A stretch of DNA of 32,667 nt from Candidatus Rokuibacteriota bacterium (GCA_044866005.1 JBIOTN010000086.1:1-32667), one strand, 5' to 3'; shown: positions 1-11,139, counted from the stretch's first letter. A program made the numbers and translations. The notes: a model not told the origin generated them from the letters alone.

Positions 1-9
1 TCTCCCCCC

Positions 10-432
10 TCACCCATCGAGGAGCGGGCGCACCGCGTACGGGAACGCCAGCGCCGCCGCGACCAAAGCCACCGCCGTCCACAGCGCCGCCTTGGCGACG
101 CGGTGGGACGTGGGGCGGGCGCAGTACGCGCCGTCGGCGCACGCCGCCCTGGGCCGGCGGTACACCAGGACGAAGCCACCGGCCAGGAACCCCAGGGCGA
201 GCGCCAGGAAGGCGGGCTGGTAGGGGGCGAGCTTCGTCAGCGAGCCGATCCAGGCTCCGCCCACGCCCAAGGTGAACAGGGCGAACGGGATGACGCAGCA
301 CGAGGACGCAGCCAGGGCCCCGAGGAGACTACCCATCGAGGCCACGAGGACTCGCGGGTTCCTCCGCGAAGCCTGGGGCACACTCGGCGCCCCGTCAACA
401 GGGATGGGCTCAACCAACTCGCGCATGAGCAT
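10..432 (-). CDS. merT: Mercuric ion transport protein MerT
   Basis: Three hydrophobic helices, ASSCCVIP Cys pair in TM1, second Cys pair ACADGAYCARP, GAWIGSLTKLAPY motif. GGAGG SD (440-444, minus strand) lies 7 nt before the ATG. Confidence 0.9.
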   Translation of the reverse strand: MLMRELVEPIPVDGAPSVPQASRRNPRVLVASMGSLLGALAASSCCVIPFALFTLGVGGAWIGSLTKLAPYQPAFLALALGFLAGGFVLVYRRPRAACADGAYCARPTSHRVAKAALWTAVALVAAALAFPYAVRPLLDG

Positions 433-464
433 GGCGCTTCCTCCCAGCCCTCATCGCTGGACTG

Positions 465-495
465 ACCCTAAAGCCTGTAGTAACTACAGAGTCAA
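465..495 (-). promoter_or_regulatory. MerR-family metal-responsive promoter/operator driving merT
   Basis: Minus strand: -35 TTGACT (495-490), 19-bp spacer, -10 TAGGGT (470-465). A perfect dyad CTGTAG-N3-CTACAG (475-489) lies inside the spacer. Confidence 0.88.
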
Positions 496-545
496 GAGGG
501 ATCGGGAGAGGATCGGCAGGGGGTGCCCCCTATGGACGGGTCGGA

Positions 546-1349
546 TTCAACTGGACCCACACGCTCCACCGGAGCCTCTACGACATCCTCGCCAGTGATC
601 GCGTCCAGGACAAGGACGGCGCGATCCGGCGGGTTGTCGCCGACTACCTGGAGAAGCCGGAGGCGATCACCGTGCATCGCCTGGACCACCATGGCAAACT
701 CTGGAGCTTCCCGGAGTCGAAGGCGTTCCGCGAGAAGTCGCCGAAGTTCAACACCCAGATCTGGGCGTACCACTGGCTGCAGGGCGCCGTGTATGACGTC
801 CAGCTCATGGGGAACGCCGCGCGCCAGCGCGAGCTGATGCCGCGGGTCATCGAGTGGTATCACGGCTATCTCCGTCAGCCGCCGGTCGAGTGGCAGTTCA
901 TGCCGATGCTGGCGGAAGGCGCGCCCGAGTTCGCCGCCCGCCACCCGGACGTGGCGGCGGTCTTCGATAACCTTCACATGCTGCACGACAACATGGACGA
1001 CGTCCTGAGCCGCCCCGATCTCTACCCCTCGCTCGGCGCCAAGCGCGAGGCGATCCTGCGCATCCTTCCGATCTACCTCCACCGGAACCACCAGCCGCAG
1101 GAGCGGTACGCCGAGTACCATGCCCCGGCCGCGCCGCCGGAGACGGGCGGGCACGGCATGCCGATGGGCGGAGCCGGGCACCGGGGCATGACCGGCACGG
1201 GCCACGGCACGACGATGGGCGGTCTCGCGATGGGACCTCGGCCGCCGTCGGCCCGCGACGTGCTGGAGGGCAAGACGACCGGCGACGCCGGCCCGGCTCC
1301 GGCCGCCCCGCCTTCGACCCCTTCGACCGGCGGCCACCCGCAGCACTGA
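546..1349 (+). pseudogene. 5'-truncated His/Met-rich helical hypothetical protein, possibly metal-binding
   Basis: The frame of ORF 672..1349 stays open and protein-like upstream of the GTG (FNWTHTLHRSLYDILASDRVQDKDGAIRRVVADYLEKPEAIT), with no in-frame ATG before it runs into the mer promoter. Motifs YHWLQ and FDNLHMLHD, plus a Gly/His/Met-rich tail. The 5' boundary is approximate. Confidence 0.6.
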
Positions 1350-1362
1350 GGGGGATGCCCGG

Positions 1363-2181
1363 ATGCGCCGAGTAGTGTTGTTTAGCGCCGCGCTGCTCGC
1401 CAGCAGCGTGCCACCCACGTACGCGATCGATCACGCCAACCTCGACGAAGGACGCCCGCTGCGGCTAGAGGACGCGTACCCGGTCGCGACGGGTGAATGG
1501 ACGATCGAGGGCGGAGCCGGGTTCACCTTCCAGCGCCGGACCTCCGACCGCGCGTTCGTTACCCTCGAGGCGCTGTACGGCGCCCTCCCCAATCTTCAGC
1601 TGGCGCTCGGGAGCCGCCTCTTCACAAATCCCCACGACATCGATGAGCCGGCCAGGTCCGGGGATCTGCAGCTGAGCGCGCTCTACAACTTCAATCAGGA
1701 GACGCTGAGCCTGCCCGCGTCCGGACTGAAGCTCACGGTCAACCTTCCCACCGGCGTCGACTCCTCGGGGGTGGACGTCGAGGTCAAGGGTCTGGTGACC
1801 AAGTCGGTCGGCCGGCTCAGTCTGCACCTCAACGCGGCATACGAATTCCTCGACTCGGATACGACCGCCCGGCACGTCAGCGTGACCTCGAGTGGGGCGC
1901 GGCTGACCGGCGGGGATGAGCGCGACGGCCGGTTCAAATTTGCCGTGGGGGCCGGTTATCCGGTGGGCGCGCCTCAGTACACGCGTACGACCCTCCTGGG
2001 GGACGTCTTCACCGAGGGGGGGAGTCGTCGAGGAGAAGACCCCGTGGTCGGTGTCGAGCTCGGCTTTCGCCATCAGCTGACCCACCGGGTCGTCGTCGAT
2101 GGGGGGGTCGGCACGGAGTTCACCGGCCCGGCCGACCGCTCGCGATTCTTCGTGACCGCCGGTCTCTCAGTCGGGTTCTAG
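1363..2181 (+). CDS. Secreted outer-membrane beta-barrel / transporter-like protein
   Basis: N-terminal signal peptide (MRRVVLFSAALLA...TYA), alternating amphipathic beta-strand pattern, C-terminal Phe (GLSVGF). GAGGGG SD-like sequence upstream. Confidence 0.7.
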   Translation: MRRVVLFSAALLASSVPPTYAIDHANLDEGRPLRLEDAYPVATGEWTIEGGAGFTFQRRTSDRAFVTLEALYGALPNLQLALGSRLFTNPHDIDEPARSGDLQLSALYNFNQETLSLPASGLKLTVNLPTGVDSSGVDVEVKGLVTKSVGRLSLHLNAAYEFLDSDTTARHVSVTSSGARLTGGDERDGRFKFAVGAGYPVGAPQYTRTTLLGDVFTEGGSRRGEDPVVGVELGFRHQLTHRVVVDGGVGTEFTGPADRSRFFVTAGLSVGF

Positions 2182-2182
2182 T

Positions 2183-2596
2183 GTCGGCCTGGAGCTGGGA
2201 GCGGACGATTACGTGGTGAAGCCGTTCAGCCCCCGCGAGCTCATGGCGCGCGTGAAAGCCGTCCTGCGTCGCCACCAGGAGCCCGTCGAGACCGGGCTCG
2301 TGCGACTCGGTGACCTCGAGGTCGACGAGGGCCGCCACCGCGTCGGCGTGAAGGGCAGGCCGGTCGAGCTGACGACCAAGGAGTTCGCCCTGCTGGTCGC
2401 CTTGCTGCACGCGCGCGGGCGCGTCTTGAGCCGGGAGCAGCTCCTGGATCAGGTGTGGGGCTACGCGAACGCCGAGGAGATCGAGTCGCGGACGGTGGAC
2501 GTGCACATCCGGCGGCTGCGGGAAAAGCTGGGCCCGGAAGCCCGCCGCATCCTCACCGGCAAGGGCGCGGGCTACCGGTTCGAGCCCCCGGATTGA
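2183..2596 (+). pseudogene. 5'-truncated OmpR/PhoB-family response regulator (end of receiver plus winged-helix domain)
   Basis: The frame reads VGLELGADDYVVKPFSPREL...LTTKEFALL...SREQLLDQVWG...SRTVDVHIRRLREKL...GAGYRF. It begins immediately after the upstream TAG, an in-frame TGA sits at 2153, and the phospho-acceptor part of the receiver is absent. Confidence 0.85.
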
Positions 2597-2692
2597 CGGG
2601 CCGGGGCCGCGGCACGCCTCCCGGCTCCGCCTGGCGTGCGCCGCCTGGACCGGGACCTCCAGGACCCCGCGGGACCTCGGACGGCGGATTCC

Positions 2693-2721
2693 TTGACACC
2701 CCGGCGGCGCCCCCCTATCGT
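2693..2721 (+). promoter_or_regulatory. sigma70-type promoter for the hybrid kinase
   Basis: TTGACA (2693-2698), 17-bp spacer, TATCGT (2716-2721). Confidence 0.65.
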
Positions 2722-2763
2722 GAGAGGTACCTCACGAGGACCCGGGCACAGGAGACCAGCGCG

Positions 2764-4407
2764 ATGGGCCTTCCCTTCCCCCGCCGCGAGGGCGAGTCCC
2801 TCGGCTCCGATGCGGCACGCAAAGAGCGCCCCGTGTCGGCCACGCAGACCCTTCGCGCGCTGATCCAGGCCTCGCCGCTGGCGATCGTGGCCCTCGATCG
2901 CGAGCTCAACGTGACCATGTGGAACTCGGCGGCCGAGCGCATGTTCGGCTGGCGGGAGGCGGAGCTGATCGGCCGCCGCTATCCACTCGTGCCGGAGGGG
3001 CAGGAGGAGGAGTTCCGGCGGCGGTATGACATGGTGCTGCGCGGCGAGGCGTTCAGCGGATTCGAGACGCGCCGCCGACGAAAGGACGGATCGCTCGTCG
3101 ACGTGAGCATCTCCGTCGCCCCGTGGTTCGGCGGGACCGGGGGGGTCTCCGGCATCGTGGCGCTGGTGGAAGACATCACGCTGCGGAAGTGGGCGGAGGC
3201 CGAGCGCGGCCGGATGCTGGCGCGCGAGCAGGCGGCGAACCGGGCGAAGGACGATTTCCTGGCGATGCTCGGGCACGAGCTCCGGAACCCGCTCGGGGCG
3301 ATCGGAAGCGCGATCACGCTGTTGAACCAGGTCTGCCGGGGCGACGACCGGACCGCCCGCTCCCGGGAGATCATCGCCCGGCAGGCCCAGCACCTCTCGC
3401 GCCTCGTCGACGACCTGCTCGACGTATCCCGGCTCACGACGGGGAAGATCGCGCTCGACCGGCAGCCCGTCGACCTCCGGCACGTCGCCGAACGCTGCCT
3501 GGCCGCCCTCGTCGAGACCGGTCGCGCGCAGGAGCACGACATCGCGTTGACCGGCGACTCGACGGTGGTGGAGGGCGATCCCACGCGCCTGGAGCAGATC
3601 CTCATGAACCTGGTGGACAACGCGCTGAAGTACACGCCGGCGGGCGGGCGGATCGGGCTGACCCTCGAGCGCGACGACGATCACGCGGTCGTCCGCGTCC
3701 AGGACACGGGGGTCGGCATCACGGCGGAGCTCCTGCCGCGGGTCTTCGACCTCTTCGTGCAGGCCGACCAGGCGCTCCATCGCGCCCAGGGGGGGCTCGG
3801 GCTCGGCCTCACGCTGGTGAAACGCCTGGTCGACCTGCACGGGGGCACGGTCACCGCGTCGAGCGATGGCCCGGACCAGGGCAGCGAGTTCGTCGTCCGG
3901 CTCCCCGCACTCGCCTCCCCGCCGGACGTCCCCGAGCCGGCCGCGCCCGCAGCGGTCGCGCTGGGCTCGCGGCGGATCGTGATCATCGAGGACCACGCGG
4001 ACGCCCGGGAAAGTCTGCGCCTCCTCCTGGAGACGGACGGGCATCAGGTCGAGGACGCGCTGGACGGCCTGAGCGGGATGGAGAAGGTGCTGACGCTCAA
4101 GCCGGACATCGCGTTCGTCGACGTCGGGCTGCCGGGCCTCGACGGCTATGCCGTGGCCCGCGCCGTGCGGGCCGCCCCCGGCGGGGAGGCCGTCTACCTG
4201 GTGGCGCTCACCGGCTACGGCAGGCCGGAAGACCGGCGCCGGGCGATGGAAGCCGGCTTCGACCTCCACCTGGTCAAGCCGGTGGACGAGGCGAGCCTGC
4301 TCGCGGCCTTGACGCATGCCGCCGCGGCGCGCCGGACGCCCGCGGCCGACCCGGCGGGGCCCTCGGCCCGCGGCGGGCTCGACGCCCCGTCCTCCTCGGC
4401 CCGGTAG
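2764..4407 (+). CDS. PAS-domain hybrid sensor histidine kinase/response regulator
   Basis: PAS (WNSAAERMFGW...RRKDG), H-box LGHELRNPL, N-box NLVDNALKYT, G1 DTGVGI, G2 GLGLGL, C-terminal receiver (IIEDH, FVDVGLP, LVKPV). ATG 2764 follows the AGGAGA SD, and GTG 2833 is an alternative start. Confidence 0.92.
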   Translation: MGLPFPRREGESLGSDAARKERPVSATQTLRALIQASPLAIVALDRELNVTMWNSAAERMFGWREAELIGRRYPLVPEGQEEEFRRRYDMVLRGEAFSGFETRRRRKDGSLVDVSISVAPWFGGTGGVSGIVALVEDITLRKWAEAERGRMLAREQAANRAKDDFLAMLGHELRNPLGAIGSAITLLNQVCRGDDRTARSREIIARQAQHLSRLVDDLLDVSRLTTGKIALDRQPVDLRHVAERCLAALVETGRAQEHDIALTGDSTVVEGDPTRLEQILMNLVDNALKYTPAGGRIGLTLERDDDHAVVRVQDTGVGITAELLPRVFDLFVQADQALHRAQGGLGLGLTLVKRLVDLHGGTVTASSDGPDQGSEFVVRLPALASPPDVPEPAAPAAVALGSRRIVIIEDHADARESLRLLLETDGHQVEDALDGLSGMEKVLTLKPDIAFVDVGLPGLDGYAVARAVRAAPGGEAVYLVALTGYGRPEDRRRAMEAGFDLHLVKPVDEASLLAALTHAAAARRTPAADPAGPSARGGLDAPSSSAR

Positions 4408-4449
4408 TCCGCGCCGCGTCGCGGCGCGCGGCGGCCACTCCCGCGCCCC

Positions 4450-5112
4450 ATGGCCTTCACCGACGAGCTCTGGAAGTCGATCGACGGGATCTACGCGGCG
4501 ATCCTGCGGCACCCCTTCCTGCGCGGGCTCACCGACGGGTCGCTGCCGCGGGAGAGCTTTCGGTTCTACGCGGTCCAGGACGCTCTCTACCTGCGCGAGT
4601 TCGCGCGCGCGCTCTCCATCGCGGCGGCGCGCGCGCCGGAGGACGACTGGATCGTCATGTTCAACGAGCACGCCGCGGGTGCGCTTCGCGTGGAGCGGGC
4701 GCTCCACGAGGGCTTTTTCCGGGAGTTCGGGCTGAGCCCGCCGGACGTCGCGGCGACGCCGCTCGCGCCGACGAACCTCGCCTACACGAGCTACCTCCTC
4801 GCCGTGGCGTACGCGGGACCGTTTCACGAGGTGATGGCGGCGCTGCTCCCGTGTTACTGGATCTACTGGGAGGTGGGGAAGGCGCTGGAGCGCGCCGGCT
4901 CCTCCGAGCCGCTCTACGCCCGGTGGATCGCCACGTACGCCTCGGGCGAGTTCGGCAGCCTGGTCCAGGCGGTCCTGGCCGCGACCGACGACGTCGCGGT
5001 TCGGCTCCGACCCGCCGAGCTCGACGCGATGCGCCGCCACTTCGTCACCACGAGCCGCTACGAGTGGATGTTCTGGGAGATGGGGTACCGCCGGGAGGCC
5101 TGGCCGGTCTGA
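4450..5112 (+). CDS. tenA: Thiaminase II / aminopyrimidine aminohydrolase TenA
   Basis: HPFL..L.DGSL, QDALYL, LLPCYWIY (catalytic Cys), WIATY and RYEWMFW motifs. Confidence 0.92.
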   Translation: MAFTDELWKSIDGIYAAILRHPFLRGLTDGSLPRESFRFYAVQDALYLREFARALSIAAARAPEDDWIVMFNEHAAGALRVERALHEGFFREFGLSPPDVAATPLAPTNLAYTSYLLAVAYAGPFHEVMAALLPCYWIYWEVGKALERAGSSEPLYARWIATYASGEFGSLVQAVLAATDDVAVRLRPAELDAMRRHFVTTSRYEWMFWEMGYRREAWPV

Positions 5113-5148
5113 CGCGTAAAGCTCGGCCGCCGCGCGAGGGGTCCGAGT

Positions 5149-5178
5149 TTGACTTGCCCGGCGGCCGGCGGCTAGAAT
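5149..5178 (+). promoter_or_regulatory. sigma70-type promoter upstream of the structured RNA and GntR-etf operon
   Basis: TTGACT (5149-5154), 18-bp spacer, TAGAAT (5173-5178). Confidence 0.7.
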
Positions 5179-5181
5179 GAA

Positions 5182-5318
5182 GTTGCTTCCCGTAGGCATC
5201 GGCCCGTGCCCCCGCGAATTCCGTCCGTGGCTGGTGCCTCCGGCGAGCGGAGAGAGTTCTAGAACACCGGGCGCCAGGCCGACAACCCGAGCCGGGGGCG
5301 AGGACGCCGGGAGGCGAC
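5182..5318 (+). ncRNA. Candidate structured non-coding RNA or leader of unknown family
   Basis: Nested pairings: 5182-5191/5309-5318, 5195-5200/5303-5308, 5207-5214/5293-5300, a central bubble, 5229-5238/5270-5280, and apical mini-hairpins. It starts immediately after a -10 box. Confidence 0.5.
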
Positions 5319-5346
5319 GGTCGTGGGCCCGGCGGTGAGGGAGGAC

Positions 5347-6120
5347 ATGGCCGGCCGCACCCCGCTCTACCTCCAGATCTACCGGCGGCTCCGCGAGGCG
5401 ATCGAGCGCGGCGAGCTTCGCCCCGGCGCCCGCCTCGGCACCCAGCGCGCGCTGTCGCGGCGCTTCGGCGTGACCCTGATGACGCTCCGCCAGGGGCTGG
5501 CCCGCCTCGAGCAGGACGGCCTGATCCGGCGGCGACACGGGCTCGGGACGTTCGTCGCCGCGCGGCCGATCGACTACGACATCCTGAACCTCCGCATGTT
5601 CGCCAGCGACCTCGCCGCCCGGGGGGAGAGCGTGGAGACGCGCGTCCTCGGCCAGCGGTTCGTCCGCCCGCCGCGCGGGGTCGCGGAGGCGCTCGGGCCG
5701 GGCGCCCGGCGCGTCTTCGCCCTGGAACGCGTGCGGCTCGTCCGCGGTCGGCCGCTCTCGCACCAGCTCACCTACCTTCCCGCCGGCCTGGGCCGCGCCG
5801 TCGCGCGCCACGACCTGGCGCTCCACTCGCTCGGGCACGTCCTCGACCACAAGCTCGGCGTCGCGCTCGCCCGCGCGTCGGAGACGGTCTCTGCGGTGCG
5901 GCTCGCGCCGCGCCCGGCCCGCGCCCTCGGACGCCGGCCCGGCAGCTCGGCGTTCCGGGCCGACCGCGTGTCGTTCGGGCCGCGCGGCGAGGCGCTCGTC
6001 TTCGACCGGGTCTGGATCCCCGGCGATCGGTTCCGCATCACGCGCGAGCTCCGCTTCGGCGCGCCGTCGGACGGCGGCCCGGCGGCGGCTGACCCCGGTC
6101 GCGCGGAGCCCGCGCCATGA
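5347..6120 (+). CDS. GntR-family (HutC/UTRA) transcriptional regulator
   Basis: PLYLQIYRRL...GELRPGARL...LSRRFGVT..TLRQGL..LEQDGLI.RRHGLGTFV HTH followed by a UTRA domain. ATG 5347 follows the GGGAGGA SD. Confidence 0.9.
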   Translation: MAGRTPLYLQIYRRLREAIERGELRPGARLGTQRALSRRFGVTLMTLRQGLARLEQDGLIRRRHGLGTFVAARPIDYDILNLRMFASDLAARGESVETRVLGQRFVRPPRGVAEALGPGARRVFALERVRLVRGRPLSHQLTYLPAGLGRAVARHDLALHSLGHVLDHKLGVALARASETVSAVRLAPRPARALGRRPGSSAFRADRVSFGPRGEALVFDRVWIPGDRFRITRELRFGAPSDGGPAAADPGRAEPAP

Positions 6121-6896
6121 AGCTCCTGGTCCTGGTGAAGCAGGTCCCGGACACCGCCACCCAGGTGAAGATCGGCGCGGATCCCCGGGCCATCGACCCC
6201 ACGGGCATCACCTGGATCGTCTCACCCTACGACGAGTTCGCGATCGAGGAGGCCCTCCGCATCAAGGAGAAGCGAGGCCAGGGCGAGGTCGTCGCGGTGA
6301 CGCTCGGCCCCGACCGCGCGAAGGAAGCGCTGCGCTCGTGCCTCGCCATGGGGGCGGACCGCGGGATCCACGTGAACGATCCGGCCTTCGAGGGCGCGGA
6401 CACGCTCCTGGCCGCTCGCGCGCTGGCCGCCGTCGTGACGCTCGAAGCGCCGCAACTCGTGCTCGCCGGGCGCCAGGCGATCGACGACGACGCGGGCGCG
6501 GTGGGGGCGCAGGTCGCGGAGCTCCTCGGCTGGCCGTGCCTCTCCTGGGTCATGGAGGAGGCGATCTCGGCCGACGGCGCGACCGTGCGGGCGGGGCGGC
6601 AGGTGGAAGGCGGGCTCGAGGTCTTCGAGCTCCCGCTGCCGTGCGTGCTGACGGCGCAGAAGGGCCTGAACGAGCCGCGCTATCCGACGCTCAAGGGGAT
6701 CATGGGCGCGAAGAAGAAGGAGATCAAGGACCTCCGGGCGAGCGACCTCGGCCTCGGTGAGGCGAGGCGCGAGCTCACGGTGGTCGCGCTCGAGGCGCTG
6801 CCCCCGCGGCCGCCCGGACGCATCCTGACGGGCGACGCGAGGGACATGGCGCGCGAGCTGGTGCGCGCGCTTCGCGACGACGTCAAGGCCATCTGA
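6117..6896 (+). CDS. etfB: Electron transfer flavoprotein beta subunit
   Basis: VKQVPD, SPYDEFAIEEAL, AMGADRG, GRQAIDDD, NEPRYPTLKGIMGAKKK. ATGA overlap with the GntR stop. Confidence 0.95.
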   Translation: MKLLVLVKQVPDTATQVKIGADPRAIDPTGITWIVSPYDEFAIEEALRIKEKRGQGEVVAVTLGPDRAKEALRSCLAMGADRGIHVNDPAFEGADTLLAARALAAVVTLEAPQLVLAGRQAIDDDAGAVGAQVAELLGWPCLSWVMEEAISADGATVRAGRQVEGGLEVFELPLPCVLTAQKGLNEPRYPTLKGIMGAKKKEIKDLRASDLGLGEARRELTVVALEALPPRPPGRILTGDARDMARELVRALRDDVKAI

Positions 6897-6911
6897 CTTG
6901 GCGAGATACCA

Positions 6912-7100
6912 GCCGGGCCGAGGAGCGAGCAGATCAAGGACGCAGGGTCGAGGCGTGCCCAGGCGTATGCCGGCCCCCCCACCCAGCCCTATGAGGAGGC
7001 GCGCCGAGAGCCCCAGAGGCCGGAACGGCCGCGAGGCCGCAGGCCGAGCGCGTTCCGGCCGTGATGCAGGACGCCGAGATGCGACGCTCATCGGCCCGGC
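6912..7100. repeat. MITE/REP-like element, copy 1 (189 bp, 16-bp imperfect TIRs)
   Basis: TIRs GCCGGGCCGAGGAGCG / CGCTCATCGGCCCGGC (15/16 match). It is a reverse-complement homolog of 14512-14685. Confidence 0.85.
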
Positions 7101-7112
7101 GTGGAGCGCCGC

Positions 7113-8105
7113 ATGACGGGCGCGTTCTGGTGCCTGGTCGAAGACGACCGCCAGGGGCGGCCGAGGAAGGTGACGGCCGAGCTCCTGGGTGAGGCGCGCC
7201 GCTGGGCGCGAGAGCTCGAGACGGGCGTCGAAGCGGTGTGGCTCACCGACAAGGCCGAGGAAGACGGCCTCCGGCAGCTCGGCAGCTGGGGCGCGGGGCG
7301 GATCTGGCTCTTCGAGGACCCGGCGCTCGCGCCGTACCGGGGCGAGGTGTGGACGCCGGTGGTGGCGGCGCTCGCCGGGACGGAGGCCCCCCGGGCGATC
7401 TGGGCCGCGGTGACGAGTCGCCACCGCGAGCTGATGGCGCGCCTCGCCGCGCGACTCGGGGCGGGGCTGGCGGCCGACTGCGTGGGGTTCGGCCTGAGCG
7501 ACGGCCAGCTCGTCGCCACGCGCCCGATCTACGCCGGGAAGCTCCTGTCGAAGGTGCGCTGGACGCGGCCCCCCTGGCTGGCGACCATCCGGCCGAACGT
7601 CTTCAAGGCGGCGGAGGACGGGACAGGGGCCGCCGCGCCGGTCGAGCGCCCGGGCGGGAGCGTGCCCCGGGCCGTGACGACCCTGGTGGAGCGCCGGGAG
7701 GAGGCCCAGGCCGGATTGCCCGAGCTGACCGAGGCCGAGATCGTCGTCTCGGGAGGGCGCGGGCTCAAGGGGCCCGAGAACTTCGCGCTGCTCGAGGACC
7801 TGGCGCAGGTCCTGGGCGCCGCGGTCGGGGCGTCGCGGGCCGCCGTGGACGCGGGCTGGCGGCCGCATCGGTTCCAGGTCGGGCAGACCGGGCGGACCAT
7901 CTCGCCCAAGCTCTACATCGGCTGCGGCATCTCGGGCGCGATCCAGCACCTCGCCGGCATGCGGACGTCCAAGGTGATCTGCGCCGTGAACAAGGACGCA
8001 GACGCGCCGATCTTCAAGATCGCCGACTTCGGGCTCGTCGGCGACCTCTTCGAGGTCGTGCCGCTCCTCAAGGAAGAGTTCCGGAAGCTCAAGGAGTCGG
8101 GGTGA
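7113..8105 (+). CDS. etfA: Electron transfer flavoprotein alpha subunit
   Basis: VVSGGRGL, AAVGASRAAVDAGW, QVGQTG..ISPKLYI..GISGAIQHLAGM, NKDADAPIF. ATG 7113 follows GGAG. Confidence 0.95.
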   Translation: MTGAFWCLVEDDRQGRPRKVTAELLGEARRWARELETGVEAVWLTDKAEEDGLRQLGSWGAGRIWLFEDPALAPYRGEVWTPVVAALAGTEAPRAIWAAVTSRHRELMARLAARLGAGLAADCVGFGLSDGQLVATRPIYAGKLLSKVRWTRPPWLATIRPNVFKAAEDGTGAAAPVERPGGSVPRAVTTLVERREEAQAGLPELTEAEIVVSGGRGLKGPENFALLEDLAQVLGAAVGASRAAVDAGWRPHRFQVGQTGRTISPKLYIGCGISGAIQHLAGMRTSKVICAVNKDADAPIFKIADFGLVGDLFEVVPLLKEEFRKLKESG

Positions 8106-8147
8106 CAGCGCTCCGGGACAAGCTTCGGGATGCCCCGCCGCGGGTGG

Positions 8148-8166
8148 CGCCGGCGACAGGACCCGC
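8148..8166 (+). repeat. 19-bp direct repeat, copy A (CGCCGGCGACAGGACCCGC)
   Basis: Identical to 21368-21386. It lies in the loop and right arm of an 11-bp stem (8135-8145/8161-8171). Confidence 0.7.
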
Positions 8167-8193
8167 GGCGGCCGGAGGCAAGGCGGGGACGCG

Positions 8194-9339
<1,146 letters not shown>

Positions 9340-9355
9340 CCCGGGGGGGACACGC

Positions 9356-11047
<1,692 letters not shown>

Positions 11048-11139
11048 ACTTCGGCCCTCGCGGCAAAGCCGCGGCCGTCGCCCGCCGGCGACGGCATGGG
11101 GCCCGGCCTTCCCCGCGGTGGGGAGGAGGAGGCGAGGTC

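Noticed and set aside
2455..2763. N-terminal extension of the kinase ORF in the ORF track
   Set aside because: It overlaps the response-regulator remnant and a sigma70 promoter. The SD-supported start is at 2764.
4408..4449. GC hairpin between the kinase and tenA as a terminator
   Set aside because: It has no U-tract, and such pairing is expected at this GC content.
5180..5320. TPP riboswitch (tenA adjacent), canonical cobalamin riboswitch or SRP RNA
   Set aside because: There is no CTGAGA/ACCTGA TPP core, no GGGAA..GGTG.AA.TCC or full B12 box, and no GGAAGGAAGCAGC SRP loop on either strand. The region also lies downstream of tenA.
2572..5850. Very long minus-strand ORF (1092 aa) and similar antisense ORFs (e.g. 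6222-8327, 12183-14210, 22852-24885, 30455-32455)
   Set aside because: These are shadow ORFs opposite well-supported + strand genes, as expected at high GC. Their translations show no recognisable motifs.
6898..7116. 72-aa ORF between etfB and etfA
   Set aside because: It is just the translation of the repeat element. Near-identical peptide text appears in ORFs crossing copy 2.
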